Positions 55,836 to 64,000 of a DNA stretch of 64,000 nucleotides are shown here, in pieces (within the stretch, counting starts at the first letter, position 1; each line of letters begins with the position of its first letter). A program made the translations under genes and the position numbers. The stretch covers positions 512,001 to 576,000 of the forward strand of contig CAWKHF010000002.1 in assembly GCA_963849325.1 (NCBI GenBank), read 5' to 3'. Below the pieces are notes generated by a model, which ran no database searches, was not told the DNA's origin, and worked only from the letters and a program-made list of their open reading frames with translations. This DNA comes from an uncultured Planctomycetota bacterium (GTDB lineage: Bacteria > Planctomycetota > Planctomycetia > Gemmatales > Gemmataceae).

Positions 55836-57961
55836 CCTCAGCCGCCCCATCCACAGCCCGCCCACCATGCCGCCCAGCGCCGCCGCCGCCAGCCACGACA
55901 GCGGCAGGTGCTCCGAGGCCGCTACTCCGCCGAGTTCACCCAGGCGCGGCTGATAATAGCCGAGCAGAACGAGGCTGCCATTGTGCAAAGCGTGCAGCAG
56001 CACGCCCGGCCAAACGCTGCCCGTCTGCCAGCACGTCCAGCCGAGAACGAGGCCAAGCAGGAAACTCGGCACGAAGCGCTCGACGACCAACGTGCCGGCC
56101 AGGATCAGGTGGAATAGGGCAAACAGAAGCGCCGAAACCAGGATGGCCGCCCCCGGCCGCAAGGCGCTGAGCAAGGCGCCGAAAAGATAGCCACGGAAAA
56201 AGAGTTCCTCCAGCACGGCCGGCAGCACGGCGACGACGAGCAGGACGAACGCCGGCGGCAGCGTTTCCCACTGCCGGAGCATCGCTTGCACGCCCTCCAG
56301 CTGCTTCGCCGACAGGGTCGTCACGCCGGCGTTCCGCAGCAGCCGGGCCATCTCGTGGACCCACGGCCACAGCGACAAGCCGAGCAGCGCCGACGCCCCG
56401 CAGGCCGACCAACTCGGCCGACCCAGGCGAAAGGCCGACGACAACCAGAGCCGCCCCCACCACGCCGCCACGAGCGGAAAGCCGCCGAACAGCAGCACGT
56501 TGGCCAGGGCCAGGCACAGAAGCAGCGAAGCGATCGACCCCTCTTCCCAACGGGCCAGCAGACCGTGGGTGACGAAGGCGGACGGAAACAACAGCGCCAC
56601 GCACAGCAGGGCCGCCGAGGGCGTAGCCGTGGCGTGTTGTTCGTGCGGCCGGCGCACCAGGTCAGCCCAGCCTCCCGGCTGGCTGTACAACACGGCCTCG
56701 GCGGTAAAGACGCGGGCCGCCACGGCCAGCGCGGCCAGGGCGTACAACAAGGTCGCCGCCACCACGACGACGGCCAACACGGGGTTGGCCTCGCCCTCCA
56801 GCAGATCGCGCGTCAGCAGGGCGATGTTGATAAGGGGGGCCACGGCCAGCGGTCCTTGCAGCCGCACGCCTGGCACCAGACTCAGAATGCCGGGCATCAG
56901 GGCCAGCAGCATGAGCGGCACCAGGTACGCCTGCGCCTCCTTGAAGCTGCGAGCGAAGCTGGTCAACACCAGCAGCACGGCGGAGAAGAACGCCGCGAAC
57001 AACAGCAGCAAGGCCAGCACTTCCACGAACACCAGCGGCGAGAGGACGTCCTTGCCGAACAACACCTCGCCCACGCCGGTGAGGTAAAGAGTGACGCTCA
57101 TCGTGCCGAGGTTGACCAGGGCTGTCAGCATGGCCACGGTGAGGACGGCGACATACTTGGCGAACAGGATGCTCAAACGCGGCACCGGAGCGGCGGCCAG
57201 GATCTCCAGCGTGCCGCGCTCGCGTTCGCCCGCCGTCACGTCGATGGCTGGGTAAACCGCCCCCGTGATGGTCATGAGGATGAGGATGAGTGGCACCAGC
57301 CCCGGCAGCAGCGCCGGCCGATGCGGCCGCGGATCGTGCAGGGCGATCGGTCGCGGCAGCACCGGCGCGTCCCTCTGACGGATGCGCAGCCAGAACAAGC
57401 GCGTACTGAGAAAACGGGCGTTGGCCGCGGCGCACACCTTCTCCACATAGCGCATTGCCTCCAGGGCGTTGGCGGAGTCCTCGCGGTAAAGCACCTCCCA
57501 GTCCACGGCCAAGTTGTGGTCCGGGTGAAGACGGAAAGGTCCGGGCGGTCGGACACGGATGGCCACATCCACTTGTCCATCCATTACTTCCTTTTCGGGG
57601 TCTTCTAAGTATTCAAAGCGCAATTCGGGTTCCGGCTGCTCGTGGGGTGCCGGCGCCGTCTGGCCGTCGTCGCGTTCGGACGGCGTCTTTCGCTGCTGGA
57701 GAAGCAACTGACCCAGGCGCAGATACTCCCTCACCGAGCCGCCCTCGTCGCCTGGTTGGACGGCGACGAGGTAGACCGTCTGTCCCGGCTGGGTCAGGTT
57801 ACTCAGCAGGAACGTCCGCAGGGCGACGCCCAGGAGCGGGTACAACAGCAGCGGCATCAGCACCAGCGTGAGGATCGTGCGGCGATCGCGCAGGACCTCG
57901 TTCAGCTCCTTGCGCACCAGACGGCGCAGCAAGCCCAGGCGGGGGAAGAGCGACGCGGTAC

Positions 57962-57965
<4 letters not shown>
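55815..57965 (-). CDS. NatB-like ABC permease fused to a CPBP (Abi/CAAX) intramembrane protease
   Basis: KELNEVLRDRRT, AGERERGTLE, ARSFKEAQ; CPBP motifs EELFFRG, FALFH, HALHN. Confidence 0.9.
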
Positions 57966-58735
<770 letters not shown>

Positions 58736-58837
58736 CACGGGGCCTTTCGTCAGGAGACGGCGCGGCTTCTTCCCTTTCCATTCTATGTGGTGCCGCCGTC
58801 CGTTCGCCCTGCGGCAAGCCACCCGGAGACCCTTGCG

Positions 58838-60079
58838 ATGGACGCGACGCCCTTCTACAGTGACGGCATGCTCGTCGTCGCGTGGACCGTGTTTCTGCTC
58901 GTCATGCTGTTTCTGCTGGGCAGCTGCGTCGGCAGTTTTCTCAATGTGTGCATTGTTCGCCTGCCGCAAGGCCGCAGCCTGATGCACCCCGGCTCGTGCT
59001 GTGGAAACTGCCACAAACCCATCCGCATCAAGGACAACTTGCCGCTGCTCAGTTATTGGCTTCTCCGAGGCCGCTGCCGCGCCTGCGGCGCACCGTTCTC
59101 GATGCGCTATTTCTGGATCGAGTTGCTGACCGGACTCGTCTTCGTGCTGATCTATCACCTGGAGATCGGCTGGAACGTCCACCACCTCGACCTGTGGCAC
59201 GGCAGCGGCTACGAATATCTGGAAGCGGGCAACTTTCCGCCCTACTCGTGGTCGCTCTTCATCATTCACGCCGTCCTGGCTTGCTTTCTGATCGTGGCGA
59301 CGATGACGAACCGGGAGCAGCACCAGGTGCCGCATTCCGTGACGTATCTCGGCGTCCTGTCGGGATTGGTTGCGGCGCTGCTCTGTCCGTGGCCGTGGCC
59401 CAACCTTCCGGCCCAGGCCGTCACAGGGCCGACCGATGGAGGGCCGATCTTCGGGCGCGTGAACAAACCGTATGTGTGGGGGCCGCACGTCGGGGCCATG
59501 CCCGCCGACAGCCCGTGGTGGCAGGGTGACGTTACGCCGCAGGCCGGCCTGTATCCCTGGCCGGTCTGGGGTCCGCTGCCGGACGGGCTGCCGCCGGGGG
59601 GTTGGCGATTGGGCGCGATGTCCGGCCTGGCCGGCGTTCTTACCGGGGCGATCCTCATGGTACTGGTTCGGCTACTGTTCAACACCGGCTCCGGCGCCAC
59701 GGTCGTGGGATGGGGCGAAACGAGCCTGATGATGATCGCCGGCGCCTTCCTGGGCTGGCAACCTGTGGTCGTCGCCGTGCTCGTCGGCCTGGTTCCGGGG
59801 TTGATCGCCGCCGGGGTGCAAAGGGTCGTGCGGAGACGGTCCCAGGTAACGTTCAGTCTTTGGATGGCGCTGGCGGTCGCGGCGGTCTGCCTGGGCTGGT
59901 ACTGGATCGGCCCACTCGTGCAAGGGTTGTTCTTCCATGCGAGCCGGCTGCTGCTGTTGACCGTGGGCTATGGGGTGGGGCTTGTGACGTTCGCTCTCTG
60001 CCTGCGGGCGTTCGCTACGTTTCGTCGCGACGCGCCGCGGAGCGTGGCCGTCCCGCGCTCCGCGGCGCGTCGCGGCTAA
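58838..60079 (+). CDS. Prepilin peptidase (A24) homolog with intact N-terminal Zn domain but substituted catalytic Asp residues
   Basis: GSFLNVCIVRLP...S.CGNC...DNLPLLSY..LRGRCRAC...RYF.IELLTG; 'TMTN..HQVP' and 'GWGE' in place of D and GxGD. Confidence 0.85.
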   Translation: MDATPFYSDGMLVVAWTVFLLVMLFLLGSCVGSFLNVCIVRLPQGRSLMHPGSCCGNCHKPIRIKDNLPLLSYWLLRGRCRACGAPFSMRYFWIELLTGLVFVLIYHLEIGWNVHHLDLWHGSGYEYLEAGNFPPYSWSLFIIHAVLACFLIVATMTNREQHQVPHSVTYLGVLSGLVAALLCPWPWPNLPAQAVTGPTDGGPIFGRVNKPYVWGPHVGAMPADSPWWQGDVTPQAGLYPWPVWGPLPDGLPPGGWRLGAMSGLAGVLTGAILMVLVRLLFNTGSGATVVGWGETSLMMIAGAFLGWQPVVVAVLVGLVPGLIAAGVQRVVRRRSQVTFSLWMALAVAAVCLGWYWIGPLVQGLFFHASRLLLLTVGYGVGLVTFALCLRAFATFRRDAPRSVAVPRSAARRG

Positions 60080-60081
60080 AC
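60018..60081. repeat. REP-like palindrome, family D (degenerate); encodes the C-terminus and stop of the A24 gene
   Basis: cgtttcgtcgcgacgcgccgcggagcg...cgctccgcggcgcgtcgcggctaaac. Confidence 0.82.
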
Positions 60082-60097
60082 TTAGGGGGTACAGATC

Positions 60098-61477
60098 ATG
60101 AGCCAGAAAACCTGGGGCGGCCGTTTCAGCGGCGACACGGACAACCGCGTCGAGGCGTTCACCGAATCCATCAGCCTCGATCGTCGCCTCTACCGGCACG
60201 ACATCCGCGCCAGCCAGGCCCACGCCCACATGCTCGCCGAGGTCGGCCTGCTCGGCGCCGACGAGGCCGCCGCCATCGTCGCCGCGCTCGACGCCATCGG
60301 CACCGACATCGAGCGCGGCGCCTTCACTTTCTCCGTCCAGCTCGAAGACATCCACACCCACATCGAACGCGCCCTGATCGAGCGTCTGGGCGATGTCGGC
60401 CGCAAGCTGCACACCGGCCGCAGTCGCAACGACCAGGTCGTCACCGACGTCAAATTGTGGCTCCGCGACGCCCTCGACGGCATGGACGGCCAACTGCGCG
60501 AGCTGCAAGTCGCCCTGCTCGGTGCCGCCGAGCGCAACCGCGATCTTGTGCTGCCCGGCTACACTCACCTGCAGCGCGCCCAGCCGGTGCTGGCGGCGCA
60601 CTACTTCCTCGCCTACATCGAGAAGTACCAGCGCGACCGCGACCGCCTGGCCGACTGCCGCCGCCGCGTCAACGTGCTGCCGCTGGGCGCCGCCGCCCTG
60701 GCCGGCACGTCGCTGCCCATCGACCGCGACAGCGTGCGTCGCCGCCTCGGCTTCGACACCCTGGCCGCCAACAGTCTCGACATCTCCAGCGACCGCGATT
60801 TCCTGCTTGAATTCGTCTTCGACTTATCGGTCGTCGCCCTGCATCTGAGCGGTTGGGCCGAGGAGTGGGTGCTGTGGACGACGACGGAGTTCGGCTTTCT
60901 CGACCTGCCCGACGCCTTCTGCACTGGATCGAGCATCATGCCGCACAAGAAGAACCCCGATGTGCTGGAGTTGATCCGCGGCAAGGCGGCGCGGGTGGTG
61001 GCGGATTTGCAGCAACTACTGATCCTGGTGAAAGGGCTGCCCCTGGCTTACAATCGAGATTTGCAGGAGGACAAGGCCGCCCTGTTCGATGCCCATGACA
61101 CAGTGTCGGCCTCGCTGGAGCTGGCTGCCGCCCTGGTGCGCGAGAGCCGCTTTCGCGCCGACGCGATCGCCGCTCGCCTGGAGGACGGCTATCTCGACGC
61201 CACGACGCTAATGGAGTTTTGCATCGCGCAGGGTGTGCCGATGCGAGCGGCGCACGAGGCAGTTGGCAAGCTGGTGCGTCTGTGTGAGGAACGCCGCTGT
61301 CGCCTGGCCGAATTGCCGCCCGAGGTCTATGAAAGTGTGTGCTCCGGCCTGTCCGCCGGGGTATACAAGGTATTAGGGGTCGCCAACGCCCTGGCCGCTT
61401 TCCGAAGCGCCGGTTCGACGGCGCCGGCGGAAGTCGATGGCCAGCTAGTCCTGTGGCGACAGAGACTATCGCCGTGA
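60098..61477 (+). CDS. argH: Argininosuccinate lyase
   Basis: [54 protein letters not shown]. Confidence 0.97.
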   Translation: MSQKTWGGRFSGDTDNRVEAFTESISLDRRLYRHDIRASQAHAHMLAEVGLLGADEAAAIVAALDAIGTDIERGAFTFSVQLEDIHTHIERALIERLGDVGRKLHTGRSRNDQVVTDVKLWLRDALDGMDGQLRELQVALLGAAERNRDLVLPGYTHLQRAQPVLAAHYFLAYIEKYQRDRDRLADCRRRVNVLPLGAAALAGTSLPIDRDSVRRRLGFDTLAANSLDISSDRDFLLEFVFDLSVVALHLSGWAEEWVLWTTTEFGFLDLPDAFCTGSSIMPHKKNPDVLELIRGKAARVVADLQQLLILVKGLPLAYNRDLQEDKAALFDAHDTVSASLELAAALVRESRFRADAIAARLEDGYLDATTLMEFCIAQGVPMRAAHEAVGKLVRLCEERRCRLAELPPEVYESVCSGLSAGVYKVLGVANALAAFRSAGSTAPAEVDGQLVLWRQRLSP

Positions 61478-61517
61478 GAATGTTCACGGAAGGGAGTAGA
61501 CGTTCTCGTGGCTTTTC

Positions 61518-62081
61518 GGTAGCCCAGCCCTTCAGGGCTGGGACGGAGAAGAGGGGTTATCTTCATGGGATTGCCGCTTCAGCGGCTCCGTGCGGGCTTC
61601 AGCCCGCGCCGACGTGGAGAGCCTCTCATGTCTCACGTGTTTCATCAGTTGTACTACCATTTTGTTTGGGCGACCCATGATCGGCAGCCTTTGCTGGTTC
61701 CCGATCTGCGGCCGGACCTGCTGCGAATACAGGCCGAGGAGGTCGCCCATCGCGGCGGCATCCTGATTCGCCAAAACTGCGTCACGGACCACATGCACTT
61801 GCTCGTTCGCCTGACCCCGAACATTCTGGTTTCCGACTTTATTGGACAGGTCAAAGGGGCCGCGTGTTATCGCTCAAGGCTTTGCAACGCGATTCCGGAA
61901 AGTGGTAATGCTGGTCCGAAGCTAGCGTGACGAAGTGGAATTCCGTATTCACAGGCGCACACATCGCACATTTGCGTGCTGGAGATGTTAGCGATTGCAG
62001 AAGCGGGCTGAAGCCCCTGAAGCCGCTAAAGCGGCTAAACGAAGAGAAAATTGCCGTCCCAGCCCTGAACTCCGGGCTGCC
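61518..62081. mobile_element. Degenerate IS200/RAYT-like element bounded by mirror-image triple-hairpin (REP) ends
   Basis: Left: GTAG-cccagcccttcagggctggg, gccgcttcagcggc, gcgggcttcagcccgc. Right: the same three hairpins in reverse order and orientation (62003-62081). Confidence 0.8.
61628..61930 (+). pseudogene. tnpA: Truncated IS200/IS605-family (Y1 HUH) transposase / RAYT
   Basis: LYYHFVWAT..R, DHMHLL (HUH), FIGQVKG; the ORF then stops with no WQxGY or catalytic Tyr helix visible. Confidence 0.8.
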
Positions 62082-62112
62082 ATTTTTACCATCGGAAAGC
62101 GTTGATACGGTC

Positions 62113-63397
62113 ATGGATCACTTTCACTACCGCAACCGCATACTTCACTGCGAAGACGTGCCCGTCCGCCAGCTGGCCGACCTCTACGGCACGCCGCTGT
62201 TCGTCTACAGCAAGGCGACGCTGTTGCACCATCTCCGCCAGTTGCAGAAAGCCTTCGCCGTGGTTGAGCCGCTGATCTGCTACAGCCTCAAGACCAACGG
62301 CAATCTGCACCTCTGCCGTACTCTGGCCGACTCCGGCGCCGGCTTCGACGTGACCAGCGGCGGCGAACTGTATCGGGCGCTCCACGCCGGCGGAGTCGGC
62401 GAGAAAATCGTCTTCGCCGGCGTCGGCAAGACCGACGCCGAGATTCGCTACGCCCTGGAAAACAACGTCTTTCTCTTCAACGTCGAGAGCGAGGAAGAAC
62501 TGCACAACCTCGCCGAGGTGGCCCGCGGCGTCGGCAAGACTGCCGGCGCCGCCCTGCGCGTCAATCCCGACCTGCCGCCCAAGACGCACGCCAAGACCGA
62601 CACCAGCGTCAAGGGCGTCAAGTTCGGACTCGACATCGACACCATCCTGGATGCGGCCCAGGGCGTCGTCGGCAACCCGCACGTCCGCGTCATCGGCCTG
62701 CACATGCACCTCGGCTCGCCCATCCTGAATACGAAGCCCTATCAGGAAGGCGTGACGAAGGGACTGAGCCTCATCGAACGCCTGCGCGAACAGGGACATC
62801 CGATCGAGCGTCTTGAACATGGGCGGCGGTTTCGGCATCCACTATCGCAAGCAGGAGGCGCAGCCGGCCCAGGCGTTCGCCGATGTCATCGTGCCGGCCG
62901 CACAGAAGGCGAAGTGCCGGCTGGTGCTCGAACCAGGCCGCTTCCTCGTCGGCAACGCCGGCGTCCTGGTCAGCCGCGTGCTCTTCACCAAGGAGTCGGG
63001 CGGCAAACATTTTCTCATCCAGGATGCCGCCATGAACGATCTGATTCGTCCGACATTGTACGATTCGTTCCACCGTATCTGGCCGGCCGAGCCGCCCGAG
63101 GGCGTGCCGGCCCCGCCGGACGATTACGAAGCCGACATTCCCAACACCCTCAAGCAGGACGTCGTCGGACCTGTGTGCGAGTCAGGCGACTTTTTGGCCA
63201 AGGAACGGCGTCTGCCCGGCCTGAAGCGCGGCGACGTGCTGGTCACGTTCAGCGCCGGCGCCTATGGCATGGCGATGAGTTCCAACTACAACAGTCGGCC
63301 GCGTGCGGCCGAGGTGCTGGTCGATGGTGGCCTGCATCGGCTGATCCGTCGCCGCGAGACTTACGAAGACCTGGTGCGACCTGAGATCGAGGTATGA
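62113..63397 (+). CDS. lysA: Diaminopimelate decarboxylase (frameshift near 62810)
   Basis: [15 protein letters not shown] (PLP Lys), [36 protein letters not shown]. Confidence 0.95.
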
Positions 63398-63398
63398 T

Positions 63399-63463
63399 GG
63401 CGAACGGCCGGCGTAAACCGGCTGGTCAGGCACCCACCAGCCGGCTTACGCCGGCCGTTCGCC
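63399..63463. repeat. REP-like palindrome, family F, after lysA (possible terminator role)
   Basis: ggcgaacggccggcgtaaaccggctggt / accagccggcttacgccggccgttcgcc, 28-bp stem with one mismatch. Confidence 0.85.
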
Positions 63464-63483
63464 GACGAAGAAGAGGCCCCATC

Positions 63484-64000
63484 ATGCGATCCTTTCTCCG
63501 GCCTATTGGCCTGGCGCTGTTCGTCGCGGTCGTGCTCCTCGCCCACGTTCCGGCGCAGGTGGACAAGGCGCAGCCGAAGCCTGTCGCCGCGCCCGCCGGC
63601 GGGGCCGGCCCGGACGAGGAGGATTACCGCCAGTTCTTCAAAAAACCGACCAACACGGCCGAATACTGGAACGCCATGCAGTTCGAGATCGACGTCGGCA
63701 AGTACGAATTGGCGGCCAACCATCTGCGCGGTCTGCTCAACTACAAACCGAGCGACGCCGACCTGGTGAAGCTGGCCGACGATTTTGGCGTCGCCGCCTT
63801 TTTGAAGCTGCGCAACATCCCACGCTGGTCCGACAATCCCAAGATCAACAAGGAAGCGACGGCCAACGTCGAGCAGCTCATCCAGCGTGTTACCGAGGCT
63901 GTCAAGAAGGTCCGCAGCGACCCCGTTCGCATCCAGAAGTACATCCAAAACCTGAGCGCCAGCCCCGAGGAGCACGACTACGCGCTGAAGGAACTGTACA
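63484..64000 (+). CDS. Exported helical (HEAT-repeat-like) protein, 5' part; runs off the window
   Basis: Open frame from ATG 63484: signal peptide MRSFLRPIGLALFVAVVLLAHVPA, then 'FFKKPTNTAEYWNAMQFEIDVGKY'; no stop before the window end. Confidence 0.75.
   Translation, partial: MRSFLRPIGLALFVAVVLLAHVPAQVDKAQPKPVAAPAGGAGPDEEDYRQFFKKPTNTAEYWNAMQFEIDVGKYELAANHLRGLLNYKPSDADLVKLADDFGVAAFLKLRNIPRWSDNPKINKEATANVEQLIQRVTEAVKKVRSDPVRIQKYIQNLSASPEEHDYALKELY

Overview
GC-rich bacterial DNA whose gene content (DUF4058, many PQQ/BamB-like propellers, CRTAC1/ASPIC-UnbV, YCF48 multidomain protein) points to a planctomycete, probably Gemmataceae-like; this is an inference. Most long genes, including housekeeping ones (sdhA, metF, lysA), are split by single-base frameshifts. 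I read these as uncorrected long-read errors and give joined gene extents, so the breakpoints are approximate. Main content in order: (1) a YCF48/CBM9 protein and a prenyltransferase-like protein; (2) a small accessory patch with an SDR remnant, a tandem-domain protein and a Zn-ADH; (3) a VPS10-PDZ protein; (4) an actinobacterial Sdh1-like succinate dehydrogenase operon; (5) a receiver-domain-fused RND adaptor plus a CzcA/CusA pump; (6) a ~19 kb co-oriented cluster of six exported beta-propeller proteins interleaved with a PaaK-like ligase, an EhpF/LuxE-like adenylating enzyme, an atypical ALDH/LuxC-like reductase, an Fe-ADH and a membrane SAM-dependent transferase, which is the best candidate for an undescribed system; (7) a Ser/Thr kinase with two palindromic inserts, cbiX, metF and a hydrolase; (8) a YtrA/GntR-ABC operon with CRTAC1 and TPR genes; (9) rdgB, a Tad-type secretin and TPR protein, a NatAB-like ABC pair and a prepilin peptidase lacking both catalytic Asp; (10) argH, a degenerate REP-flanked HUH transposase, lysA and a partial exported protein. 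Several families of palindromic repeats occur, and some have been absorbed into coding sequence.
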